NCBI RefSeq assembly: GCF_009914755.1
Contig: NC_060925.1
Direction: 5' to 3' (one strand)
Length of the DNA: 64,000 nucleotides
DNA from: the human T2T-CHM13v2.0 reference genome, Homo sapiens
Position 1 is the stretch's first letter, and each line of letters begins with the position of its first letter. The notes under the pieces were generated by a model. That model was not told the DNA's origin. It searched no databases and worked only from the letters and a program-made list of their open reading frames with translations. Made by a program: the position numbers and the translations under genes. This document shows, one piece after another, positions 1 to 15,028 of this stretch.

Positions 1-1931
1 AAGGAGTAGTGCCTTCAAATTTCTAGAAAATGATTTCCAAACTAGAATTCTATTTCTAAGCAAATTACCAATTAAGTACGAAGGTGGAAGTAAAATCTCA
101 GTAGTTTTACCCTATTGCATTCTTCTTTAAAATCTCCTGGTAGATTTACTCACAAAAATGAGAGATCCAATCCACCAAACAGAAAAAAGGATTTCCCAGG
201 ATGATGTTAAAAAAAAAAGTTCCAGAACAGTAACTGTGCAGCAGGCACAGAGAACAGTCTAGAGAGGAAAGGGAGGATGGAGGGTTCCAGGAGGGACCTT
301 GGCAAGAAAAAAATGGAATGTAAGGGTCAAACTGTTATCTTCACTCCAATTAAGAGAGCCATCTTAATATGAGTAACAGTCCACTAACAGGTCTAACATG
401 ATACAACATTAAGCAGACAACACAACATCACCTATGAAATATTTTAGGCAAAACTTGACTCCATTAGACATAATGTCAAGTTTATAGGAAATACAAACTA
501 AATGGCACCTCAAGTAAATCAGACAAATCTAGAAGGAGGAATACTGTGAAAAATAAGTGGCCTTGTTCAGTCAACAAGTCAGTGTCATAGACAGGGGACT
601 GTGCTGGATTACAAAATACCACACACACAGAGACAAATTAATAAACATAACAAAAAGATGCAATGTCTGGTCCTGGATTGGATACTGGTTTGGATAAAAT
701 AGCTGCTGCAAAGGACATTTTTGGATCAGCTGGAAATTTTAAATATGGTCTGGGTAGTAGATGTAATTTCAGAAATTAAAAGGTGGAATTCATTTGCTGA
801 AGAAGGCAAATTGCAGAATATGTACATGATTACCTTATTTTGAGAGTAGCATACACATAATTATTTTGGTATCAAAAGATATAAGAATGTATGTATACAT
901 CCACACCCACATACAGGTTCATACAACAAACAAACCTCACATAGGTTTAGTTTCATAAAATTTCTAAATTCACAAAGTGAATATAAGACTGATTTTTTTC
1001 AGGGAGGAAATTTAGGTACAATAAGCCAACCCTGCCTATTCTAATTTTAGTATTGATGCTTAGATACTAACTGAATTGACATATGGTTTTATGTATTTTC
1101 CTATCAAGGATTCTAGGAACACACCATGATTATCATTCTCCCTCTTCAATATGATCCTTTTTCAAGTATTTGAAAATAAGTACTGTTTCCCCCAAATATT
1201 CTCTTCTCTATGCTAATCCTAGCTCTTTAAATAATGTGGTTTCCACCATGTTAGTAATTTTCTATTAGGGGTACCCCAACTTATAGTAGTAATAAAAGAC
1301 ATACAGTTCTTGTCCATATGGAGTTTACAGTTTAATGGGGATACAGTTATCACAAGACAATTTACAGGATTACAATTGTGATAAGCCAACAAGAGAGAAG
1401 TACTGCAGGCTGGCAGCACATACTATGGGTGGTCTGATCTATTCTGAAGTAAAAAGAAATAGTGCTTTCAGGAAGAGATACAAGCCAAGACTTAAGAATA
1501 AGGGTTGACAACTGAGAGAAAGAACAACATCAAGTGCAAAACTGGAAAGGAGCTTGTGACAAGGTAGTGAGAAGAGATCAGTTTGGCTCAAGCATGGTAA
1601 GGAAAGGAAAAGGGGGCATGGGATAAGCCTGGAGAAAAGTGAGTAAGATCTTGCAAGGACATGGGGATCAGTTTAAGGAGTTTAGAATTTAAGTTTAATG
1701 AGAGGCCACTAAATAGTTTGAAGTAAACGAACAATAAGGGGTTTACACTTACTGGTTGTGTGTGGACAATGGATTTAAGAAACGAAGAATGGATGTAAGG
1801 AGACCAGCTGGGAGAGAGGATATGGCTGTAGTCTAGGCAGGGAATGATGGTTGCATATGCTAGTTGCTGGAGACAATGGTGACAGACAGAAATAGATTTA
1901 AGATTAATTTAGGGCATGGTGATAGACTTTA

Positions 1932-2402
<471 letters not shown>

Positions 2403-3840
2403 TCATCTCTGTTAATTTTTTCATTTTTTGGCTTATACTTCCAGTCACATGAAAATCTTTAGTCTATCATCCAGTATCTCCTGTTACTCTTTTCAGCTTT
2501 CTATCATCTAGAAATTTGGAGTCATGCTTGTTTTTATTAAGTCATTAATAAAAATGTAAAAAGGGGATAGGATTAAGTATGCAGCCCTTTAGTAATAACC
2601 TAAAGGTTGGCACTGATTCATTAAACAGACAACTGGGGCCTAATAACTAACACCTAATAACTAATACTTGTTGAACACTTAGGATGTGCTTAGCACCTAA
2701 TGTCCATTATTTAATTTAGTCTTCAAGATATTAGTTTTTTCCATCTCCAAATATTTATTAAGCTCTTACTATATGTCAGGAACTGAGGTAGGAACTACTA
2801 TTACCATCCCCATTTTAGAGATGAGGAAGCTCAGACTCAGAGGTGAAGTAACCAGTCTTAAGTCACACAGTTATTAAAGAGCAGAGTTATAACATGAATC
2901 TCAGCTTGGAGATGCTCAAACATGCAGTTTAACATTGAGGTTTTACTTGTATATTTGTGTTAAATTTTCTTATATTCTTTATTATCCATAAGTCTAGCTC
3001 TTATGTGTATGTAAGCATACACACATGCCATTAGGAATTTTTCCAGACCAGCTTCTCTGTTCCTTTCAGCAAAGAACTTCTCAGTATTATCTTCAATATC
3101 CTTTCTAGTTTCTACATGTTCTTCATGGTATCTTGTTTTGCAGTTCAGTTACGGCCATTTCCCCCACTCTGTCCTTACAGTCAAAATTCAGTTTCTGGAT
3201 CAAAAAATGCAATTCTTCCCATTCTATCCCTTCTTTCATAGAGCCAGCACTTATCAGTATTCCTGTTCAAGTTCTAATATTTTTATTAGGTTAGAAACCA
3301 GTTGTCAGTGTTAAATGATAGAAGGGAAGGAAAGCAAGATTTCATATAGGTTAACTTTGCTGTTTACATTTTAAGAAACATTGCTGTATTTCATAAATAG
3401 TTTTTATACAATGGGAAGATTGAATTTCACAGTATTTCATTTGGGCACAAATAACAAAGGGATGCAAGCTCGGTAATTTAACAGTTTTTCAGTTCACGAG
3501 GAGAGTCATCTCACAAAGCTTTTCTTGCATGTTTTGTGCAAGAAAATATGCAGCCAAGAAAATGCTACCAAAGACACAGCTACAGTGATTGTCATTTAAA
3601 ATTCAGGACAGGACAAAGAAGTTTTACTGGTAGTAAATTCTCAGGACTCAGTTTTTAACACATTTCAAAATGTAATGAATTTTGTTAAAATGGAGCTTTC
3701 AAAAGCAGTTTTTATTTAGTTTTAACAAAAGAAAAACAGCTACATCTACAAAATTTTCCCACAAAACATGCCTCTTTAAGGTGGAGGACATCAAAATGAA
3801 TGTTTTCTAAGCAATAATATATGAAAGAAAATTCACTCAC

Positions 3841-3980
3841 CTTTAAGTTTCTGGAGATCTTCCTTCAAATCAGGCCCTGCAAGCATGAAGATACTTTCTG
3901 ACACAGGATTCTTATCTGTGAGACTTTCATTGCTGGTATTCACAATGGCTGTACAGTTCAGTAATGCCACATCTCCTTTC
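3841..3980 (-). CDS. GDAP2: GDAP2 coding exon 3 (start of macro domain)
   Basis: Minus strand tttcttcag|G...AAA G|GTGAGT; 140 nt; reads (W)KGDVALLNCTAIVNTSNESLTDKNPVSESIFMLAGPDLKEDLQKLK, a macro-domain GD motif; phase matches exon 2. Gene continues left out of the window. Confidence 0.95.
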
Positions 3981-4199
3981 CTGAAGAAACAATAAAGAAT
4001 GAACAAGTGTGGGGAAAAAGAAGAAAAGAAACCTAGTTTCTAATTATTTCAAAACATTTTATCCTTGTCTTTTTCAAAATGTTGGTTTTGCTAGCTCACA
4101 AGCTAAGCAATAGTAGAAAAGAAATTTCTGACTTAAAAAACAATCTGGCATCTTAGATCTTTAATGCAATTGTTATAACCCTGAAACTCACAAAACCAC

Positions 4200-5310
<1,111 letters not shown>

Positions 5311-5425
5311 TCATATACGTATACGCAAAGCTGTATTTCAACAATGCTAGGGCTTTAAAAAAGAGGTTAGAATAAATTATGAGAAAGTGTTATCTCCTCA
5401 TGATATGATGTAATCAAAAAATTAC

Positions 5426-5601
5426 CAAAGAACCACTTTTCCATTGACGTCCTTATTATAAAGAAAAGGTGATCGAACAGTGTCTTCCTGAAATATTTCA
5501 GCTGTAGTATCAGAGGAATTTAATTCATCTTGGCATGAGTCACCCCAGCTTGGTAGTGTATCCACATCCACAAACTGGGAAGGTGCACCTAAGGGATCCA
5601 T
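5426..5601 (-). CDS. GDAP2: GDAP2 exon 2 coding part (exon 5426-5668 incl. 67 nt 5'UTR)
   Basis: ATG at 5601-5599, MDPLGAPSQFVDVDTLPSWGDSCQDELNSSDTTAEIFQEDTVRSPFLYNKDVNGKVVL; donor TG|GTAAT; acceptor ctttcttttctcttaaag| at 5669. Confidence 0.95.
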
Positions 5602-6479
5602 GGAATGGGAACTTTGATTTGTCTTTTCCCAAAATCCTCAGCAATTCAATATTCACTGGAGACTTTAGCTTTAAGAGAAAAGAAAGAATCACTTTAATAG
5701 AGAAGCACAGATATTACTTGAATTCTATTAAAGCAGTAAACAAAATTCCACTGTGAAATATCCCAATAGTATATTGTGTGATTATAGCCACTTAAAAAGT
5801 CCATTAAAAACAATGGACAACAAAGAATTGCTACAGAATTTCTAAAACAGGATTAAAGAGTGATTATTTAAGCATAAATTCTTTTCAAATAATTACAGCC
5901 ATTAAAATAATCACAGGCCCACCAATTCTACTTTCCAGAAACAGGACTATTCATTCAACATTCACTGAGTGCCTACTATTGAAAAAAAAAAAAAAAGTAA
6001 TAGATGCTGCAAGAGATACAAAGATAAACCATATGTATAATTTAAAGTCTGATGATAATGTGGAGGATGTACTGAGTAAGACAAAATGAAAAGCTGGGAG
6101 GTTACTGCAATCAAGTAGTAAGAGATGATAAAGGTTTCAACTAGGAAAGGAGATACAGAAGGAGGCAAACATTTAAGAGGCAAAATACAAAGGAAGGATG
6201 AACAGGAGTTGACAATTTACAGGATATGGTGTGTGAGACAGTGATATGGTAGGTGGCTGGTGGTACTGAAATACAAACATTAGAAGAGGAGGGTGTTGGA
6301 AGACACACAGCGTCAAGTACTAGAGAGAAGCAATGGGAAATTCTTTGTTGCTAGAGAAAAGGAGAATCAATTTGCCTATGAGTCAAACATCTATTTCAGT
6401 AAAATGGTATATTCATTCATCGAATAAATCTTTGTATTGTGTCACTGCACTCCAGCCTGGGCAACAAGAGCAAAACTCC

Positions 6480-7700
6480 GTCTAAAAAAAAAAATATTTG
6501 CAAGCATCTATTATGTGTTAAATACTATTCTAGGCACTGGGCACACACTGGTGAATAAGAGCAAGTCCCTGCCCTTCAGGAGCATATGTTTCCATGGAGA
6601 AGACAGAAGATGACAAATGATAAAGAAACAAGCGGGTATCTAACAGAATGACTAGAGAAGTAAGCATTATGAGAGAACAGGTAACATCTCAGTAGAAAGA
6701 TACAATGAGAGAGCAACCACATGAAGCTCTGGGAGATGTTTCAGGCAAAGGAAATGGCAAGTGCAAAGGCCAAATAGGCAGGAAGGATCTTGGTATATTA
6801 CAGGAGGAGCAAGGAGGCCAGTTTAGGAAAAGCAGAATAAGCTAGGTAATGAGTGGTAGGTGATGAGGTTGGTAAGAGAGGGAAAAACCAGAGGATACTG
6901 TTTGTAAACTATGGTAAGAAGTTTAGATCTTATTCTAAATATGAGGGATGCTATTAGAGGATCTTGATCATGGTAATGATTAAATATAAATAATATTTGA
7001 AAAGAATACTGTAGCTACAATGAAACTGAGATGGGGCAAGAGTAGATGCAGAGATCAATAGAAAATGACTGCAATAATTTAGGTGAGATGGTAGTGATGA
7101 GAAATGTTAGATTTGGAATGTATTTTGAAGGTGGTGTCAACAAGACTTAAGAATATAGACAGTAGGGAGAAAGAGCAGAACCAAAGATAACTTCTGGATT
7201 ACTTGCTTACACAATTGAGTAAATGTTATGCTATTTACCGAGAAGGGAAAAACTGGAGTAGGTTGTAGGGTAGAGTGATAACCAATGGTTTTTTTTTCTT
7301 ATGTCTTTTTGGGTGTGCTACATTTGAGATGCTCATTCTATGACCAAGTGTTTATGTCAAACATGCAAATTGGTTATATGAGGCTAGAGCTCACAGAAGA
7401 TGCGGCTAAAGATATAAATTTGGAATTCTCAGCATATGGATGGTATTTAAAGCTATGGAAACTGGACAAGATAGCCTAGAGAGTAAATGCAAATAGAGAA
7501 AACAGATCCAAGGACTGAGTCCTACAACAAAACTTAGAGGCTGGAAAGAGGACAAGTCAGAAAGTGAGAGAGAGAAGGAATGCTAAGAAAGGAAGGTAAA
7601 CCAGGAAAGCATGGTGGCCTAAAAGCCAAGTGAAGAAAACATTTCAAGCAATACTTGAGAAGTATCAGTTAAATGATACTGAAAGGTTGAATAACAGGAC
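6480..7700 (+). mobile_element. L2 (LINE2) remnant
   Basis: Purine-rich degenerate L2 3' sequence, interrupted by the LTR at 7704. Confidence 0.6.
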
Positions 7701-7703
7701 TAA

Positions 7704-8757
7704 TATCAAGGGAACATGCCCCCGATAATTCAATATTATTTCATGTAGGTTCTTTTCTATTTCCCTAAGTGTTGGCCGGTCTGAGAAATAAAGGGAAAGA
7801 GTACAAAAGAGAGAAATTTTAAAGCTGGGTGTCCAGGGGAGACATCACATGTTGGCAGGTTCCATGATGCCCCCCAAGCCACAAAACCAGCAAGTTTTTA
7901 TTAGCAATTTTCAAAAGGGGAGGGATTGTACGAATAGGGTGTGGGTCACAGAGATCACATGCTTCAAGGGCAACAAAAGATCACAAGGCAGAAGGTCAGG
8001 GTGAAACTAGAATCACTAATGAACTTCCATGTCCCGCTGTGCACGCATTGTCAGGGTTCAAGAGCAGAGAACCGGTCTGACTAGAATTCGCCAGGCTGGA
8101 ATTTCCTAATCCTAGCAAGCCTGGGGGCGTTGCAGGAGACTAGGGCATGTTTCATCCCTATCTACACCTGCATAAGGCAGACACTCCCACGGTGGACATT
8201 TCAGAGGCCTCCCCTGGGAATGCATTCTTTTCCCAGGGCTGTTAATTATTAATATTCCTTACTGGGGAAAGAATTCAGTGATACTTCTCTTATCCGTTTT
8301 TGGTAATAAGAGAAATATGGCTCTGTCCTGCCCTGCCCACAGGCAGCCACACTTTAAGGTTATCTCCCTTGTTCCCTGCATCGCTGTTATCCTGTTCTTT
8401 TTTGAAGGTGCCCAGATTTCATATTGTTTAAACACACATGCTCTACAAACAATTTGTGCAGTTAACGCAATCATCACAGGGTCCTGAGGTGACATACATC
8501 CTCAGCTTATGAAGATGACAGGATTAAGAGATTAAAGACAGGCATAGGAAATCACAAGAGTATTGATTGGGGAAGTGATAAATGTCCATGAAATCTTCAC
8601 AATTTATGTTCAGAGACTGCAGTAAAGACAGGCATAAGAAATTATAAAAGTATTAATTTGGGAAACTAATAAATGTCCATGAAATCCTCACAATTTATGT
8701 TCTTCTGCCATGGCTTCAGCCAGTCCCTCCATTTGGGGTCCCTGACTTCCCACAACA
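7704..8757 (-). mobile_element. MER11 solo LTR (HERV-K11/HML-8)
   Basis: Minus strand begins TGTTGTGGGAAGTCAGGGACCCCAAATGGAGGGACTGGCTGAAGCCATGGCAGAAG with the characteristic ~90-bp internal duplication; flanked by CTAA on both sides. Confidence 0.88.
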
Positions 8758-9379
8758 CTAAGAACTGATTAATGGGTTTGGTAAGTTGGAGGTTGTTGGT
8801 AACATGAAATAAATAAGGGCAGACAGATGATCAGGGAAAGAAAGTTGGCATGTGAACTTTCTCCCCCCCAAATAAATGTGCAGTTTAATGAGCTATTATG
8901 AAGGGAACACCCCTAGAACCACCACCAAAGTCAGGAGATAGAACTGTGCAGGCACCCAGAAGTAGCTCCATGTGATCTGTCATGATCTCAACCCCTTCCT
9001 GTCCCCCAAAGTAACTACTATCAGAACTTTTAATCTTTTTCTTATATACTCATATAGCCTTTTCACCTAAGTGTGCATCCCTAGAAACCATAGTTTAATA
9101 TTAGCCATTTAAGACATTTTAATGTATATCTTAAATCTCTTTTAATCTACAAGTCCCCCATCCAACCTTTCCTTTTCTGTAAAATTTATCTGCTGAAACT
9201 GTAGTGTCCCACAGTCTGGATATTGTTGCTTGCATATTCATGCATAGTTCAATAAGTTTCTCTGTTATTTGAAAATTTCTTGTTAGTAGTCAGTTCTGGC
9301 AAGATTATATGAGATGGTGTATCTTTCATCAGGAGGCACATAATTTCGAGTCTCTCTTCTTTTCTCTTAGTTCTTTCTC

Positions 9380-9712
9380 TTTTTTAACTTTTAGGTTCAG
9401 AGGTACATGTGCAGGTTAGTTATGTAGGTAAATTGCATGTCACAGGGGTCTGGTGTACAGATTATTGCATCTCCCCAGTAATAAGCATAGTACCTGATGG
9501 GTAGTTTTTTGATCCTTTCCCTCTTCCCACCTTTCACCCTCAAGTAGGTCCTAGTGTCTGTTGTTCCCTTCTTTGTGTCCACGTGTTCTCATTGTGTAGC
9601 TCCCACTTATAAGTGAGACCATAGGTAGGTGGTTTTCTGTTCCTGCATTAGTTTGCTTAGGATAATGGCCTCCAGCTCCATCTATGTTGCTGCAAAGGAC
9701 ATGATCTCATGA
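9380..9712 (-). mobile_element. L1PA/PB 3' fragment
   Basis: ggtacatgtgcagg...ctcccacttataagtgag...tgcaaaggacatgatctc. Confidence 0.85.
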
Positions 9713-10415
9713 AGTTTTTTGAGAAGTTTTTCAGTATGGTTTTCACGTTTGTTGTCAAACAAAACAAGCATGCCCTTCCACAATACATTCCGTGATGTTT
9801 CCTGCTGAGAGACATGGGATGCTAATTGGAACAAAACATGGATCTAGTGAAATATGCTAATTCCTAAATCAACACTGCGGAACAGGAAATGTGATCATTT
9901 ATATAACAATTTCAGAAAGGCCTTGTAGGTTAAACAATGATAAATTTGTATGAGAAGACTATTCTTATTTGACACTAAATACACCTTTGAAATTACTTTG
10001 AAATAAAGAAATTAATTTTACCTAAAAGTTGGTGTTTAGTCCATCAAATTGGTCTTTCCACAAGTTTTGTTGATCTGTTCATAAGTATTCAGACTTGAAA
10101 TAGACAAGCTGAACAGAGGACAAATGAAGACTATATACTCTTCTATCATGGTTAAATTGCCTCATGCTCAATGGAATGACGCTTGACAAAAGTTCATAAT
10201 TTCAAAAAATTACCTGCAGATTTTTTATGACAATGAGTCATTGTCATAAAAAAGCTCTTAACTATAATCTAAAAACAAATCCATTAAACACAAACACAGT
10301 TTTCAGTTTGTAAACTTGAATGCCAACTTTCAGGACAAAATTGCTTTTTTAAGATAACTTTTCTTTCTGACTCTAAGTAATACATGCTTACAGAACATTT
10401 GAAAAATACCAAATC

Positions 10416-10725
<310 letters not shown>

Positions 10726-13700
10726 AGAAACCAAAATTAAGGGGGAGGAAAAAATTCCTCAACTTTTGATGTAGTTACTACCTTTTTCTGTGATAGGTAA
10801 AATCATACTGGTACAATTTTGAATCCAGTTTCTTTAGTATTTTAAGGTAAATATTTCCACACACAATTACACAGTGAGGCAGAGACAGTATGGTTCGATG
10901 TGAGAATTTGGACTCTGTTATCATAGGGTCTGAGTTTGGATCCAGGACCATCATCTAATAGTTTTGTTATCTTTGACTCTGAACCAGTTTTTTAATTTCT
11001 AAAATAAGGGTAATTCTCCTAAGATTATTGTGAGCATTCAATGAGATAACTGGTGTCAAAACTGCATAGGAGAACAATTACCTTAACTTCCCTCCAACTC
11101 AAAATCATTCACTGTTTCCAACTTCCAAGTGACGATTTGAGGGTATATTCCACACGTTTAAGCCCACCAAATCACTTTAATTTAATCAATTTCCTTCATT
11201 TGACCATTTCTCCTCTTAAGAGAGTGTTACAACATAAATTCTCCTTTTACAATTACATCTTGGCTTTTTCCTTCCTCTCAATCCTCCTGTTCTCAAAAAG
11301 GTTTTCCTCCTTTATTTCTTCTACTTCATTTCTTCTTCAGAATACTAAACTCCTTTTTACCACTTGACTTTTTAAGAGTAATTTGTTTTGTAGCTCTACT
11401 TCCTCTTCGTACATTTGCCCAACCTACTGCAGTTTTGCTTCCGCTCTACAGCTATACGAAAACTACTCTATTCAACAATAACTTCCCAAATGTCAAATCC
11501 AAGAATTAATCCAATTTTATCCACATTTATTACTGATCATTTCCTCCTCAAAACTCTATTATCTTCTTTGACATTATACCCTGGTGGTTCTCCTATATCC
11601 CTGATCATACCTGGTCAGTAGAGTTTGTTGGATCCTTTTCCTAGCTTTTAAGTAATTGTGACCCACAAGATATTGGATGTTAAATAAGTAAAAGTAATGC
11701 TCATAGCTCTTATTGTAGGACAAAATTTAATGGCATTTTATGAAGTGTCACAGTATTTAACAGAGGTTGAATTCTTTTTCAACTCCATCTCTAAACAGAA
11801 TTGATGTTTCTCACCAAAAAGAGGTTTGAATCTCTCCTTCCCCTAAACACATATACACCTTAGTAATACATACAGTAAATGGAGCCACAAACCCAAGCTA
11901 GGCAGAAAAACCTGATCCCTGAGAGAACAGTGGTTTTTAACATTCTCAAGGTCACAGGCCCCTTTGAGAATCACATGAAAGATACAGATCCTTTCACTCC
12001 CCAGAATATTTGTATATGAGCTCATACAAGTAGATTTGTAAATAAATTTGAATTAGAATCTCAGTGATAGAATGCAAACAGATTGCTTAAGTGACAAAGG
12101 GAGGAGGAGAAGGCTCCTACACCCAGTAATCTATAGCCACAGCCAGAATTTTTGCTAACATTAAAGGAGAGCAAGACTGTCCACTGAAAATCAGTTGATC
12201 AGCTCTGTACTTTTAATAAGTTCATAAACAAACACTAAGCCCTAGTTAAAAAAAAAAAAGGCTCTTGAAGCAAGACATTAATTTCCAAGGATCAAAAAGT
12301 CTACATGGGACAAACAGAAGATTCCATAATGAATCAAATCTATTTCCATATCCATATGATCTTCAGTACTTTAGTGAAGAGGACCTAAAGACAAAGATAA
12401 CCCACTATGTATCTTTTATAATTCAAATGGTGCAGTGTAAACAGCTCTCATTACACTGTAACTTGTTTTTTTTTTCCTCAAATCCTGTCATCTTTTAGTT
12501 TAAGAAGTCCTTTAAATACTGCTTAATATGAATAATTGGATTGGCTAGAGAGATCAGATTTTATTGTTCAAAACTGGGCAAAATTGGGCATAATACCTTG
12601 GATCACCATCTCAAAAAAAACTTTTTTTCTGGATAGAAAGAAAATGATATCATTTAAGAGAGAAAAATGGTAACTTTTAACCTGTTTACCTGTCTTTCAA
12701 AATGCTTACATTGATCAGACCAGCCTGGATAACAACAGTACAAAGAGAGCTGGTGCATGCACTTGACCGCCATTAATTACCGGGTTTACCATTCTTTATG
12801 ACTTTGTATTTCAATATTTAACAGTTCAGAGTACATGAGGATATGTGTGCATACCATACTTAAGAATCATTTTATGCCACCATCCAACACCATACTTAAG
12901 AATCATTTTATGCCATCAGAAAGACATTTTTTAAAAAAGATTTTCAGATTGGAAGACTAACTGAAGTAGTCAAATATGTCAACAATAAATACAGTATAAC
13001 AAGAACATTCCTAAGCTTGTCAATGGCTTGGGTCAAATTTAACATCATAATTCAAAAGCACCCAAAGAACATATCCTAACAGTAAATTAGTAGTACCCCT
13101 TCATATTAAATGAACTGCACTATGTTTTAATTGTAAATATTGATATATTAGGCATTTTGAAACTTAAATAAGGAAGTAGAGTTACATCCTTGAAACATTG
13201 TATAAGGAATTTTGTAAGATGCATTACCTTACCACTCACAGTTGCTCTGATACCAACTCTTATTAAAATCATTTTTTTCCATCTGTGGTTGTCCCATCCC
13301 ATAATATTTAATAATATTAAGATAGTTTTTTAAGAAAAGGTAAAATCATGACTCATTCAAATATAAAACCAAACCCGTGTTCAAGATTTTATTTAACTCA
13401 AAATGGAACCAGGCAGAGAAGATAAAGAAAATCCCAGAATTAGACACCTTAGAGCAGGAATATTGAAATAAATGTGCAAAAGGAGGCAAAACTTCCACTG
13501 AATCTCTGAGAGAATTCGCATGTCTTGACAATAATTATTTAGCATTGATGTCACTTACCTAGTTTACGTAACTGAAAAATAGCTTTTTTAGAATTAGTTA
13601 TTCCAAGGGGTGTTAAGATAGAATCTAAACTATGTAGTTTTCCATTGAAGCACACACTTCTCCCCATAATAATATAATGCACAGCACCTGTCAGGGATAT

Positions 13701-14693
13701 TAACCATACATACCCACTCAAATGCTCCCTTTCCCACCAAGCTTATTAAAATAATAGTTTGTGGCCACAATTTCTTCCCTTCTCATTTATCCAATACACA
13801 GCAATCTTGTTTCAAAACTCCTATGCTGCTACAGTTGTCCACAGTCTCATCATACGCATTCTTTGCTATTGCAATTTTCTTGAATATGGAAGATTAGCTG
13901 AACATGCATTAAGCTCAGGAAACTCTAAAGAAAATCAGATAATGTAGACAAAAGTCTAATTTCTAGGCTGGCTGCAGATACCTTGTTCAAGAAGCGCCGG
14001 CAGGATCTTCTTTTGTACAGCTATGTTAGCTTTAATTTTGCACAGCTCTAGACATCAGAACTCATTTCTAAACACTTCTATGCAGCTCAAGAATAAAAGT
14101 AGCAGAAATGCAAGAGAGAAAAGCTAATTCCCACTTGGTGAAAGAGCACTTAAGTCTCAGTGAGCAAACAAGGAGGAGTCAGCCTTGGTCACTTCCCCCT
14201 CAAGCGGCCAGAGAGCGGAAACACAAAGCCAGGCCAGTGTCACTCCAGGGATTGCGGGAACCTAGACAACGCACCATCCTGGGCTCAGCGTCTACCCACC
14301 CCTCACCCGAGGTGCTCTCGGTTCCGTAGAATGTCCAGTCCACAGGAACGGCAACACGGACTTGTCTTTGGGACTACAACCAGCAAGAGCTCCCGCCTGC
14401 CCCATTTCACCTGCACCCTAGGGCGCCCGCCTCCTTGGCTACAGCACCACTGTTCCTAGTGCCCGCCGACTGCCCACCCTTTCACTTCTCGTAGAGACGG
14501 CGTCCCCGACAACGCCTCGGGAAAGAACCTAACCAACATGCGAGGAAGTGGCGCCAGGCTCGTTCTTCAAGAGAAGTGACAGAACTAACCCTCAGCCTGC
14601 AATCCTGACCAGGGCCGAGTCCCGAGCGCCTCGGACCGCGCCCCCGGCCCTCTCCGCCCCGCCTTCCCTCCCGGCCTCAGTCCCTCCTCTCAC

Positions 14694-14870
14694 AGCACTC
14701 TGGTGGTCCCATCCGGGCGGCGGGCGGCACGGATCAGGCTCCTGGTAGAAGGCGGCCGAGCGACATCTCCGGCGACCCTCAGCAGGAGCGCGCCGAGTAC
14801 GGCGAGTCAAAGTCCCAGGAGACTGGAGTGACCAGCTGCAAATGCTCTGGGCTGCGAAACACCGGCTTCC
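14694..14870 (-). other. GDAP2: GDAP2 non-coding exon 1 (TSS approximate)
   Basis: Lies in CpG island; best donor GCT|GTGAGA at 14693; 5' end inferred. Confidence 0.7.
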
Positions 14871-14984
14871 GCTCCTGGCCAGAGCTCACCAATCAGCGCC
14901 CGGCTTTCTCCGTCATTTCCTCCTAGAAGGCAAAGGGAACCTCTGGCGGAAGAGGCTTCCGGAACGGACCCGGAAGGGGCAGGT

Positions 14985-15028
14985 CTTGTGGGCGGGTCCA
15001 ATCGGCTGGGAGCCTCGTGGAGGCTGAG
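14985..15028 (+). other. WDR3: WDR3 non-coding exon 1 (TSS approximate)
   Basis: Strong donor GAG|GTGAGT at 15028/15029 within the island. Confidence 0.75.

Noticed and set aside
8536-8700. ~90-bp tandem duplication
   Set aside because: Intrinsic feature of the MER11 LTR, not a locus-specific array
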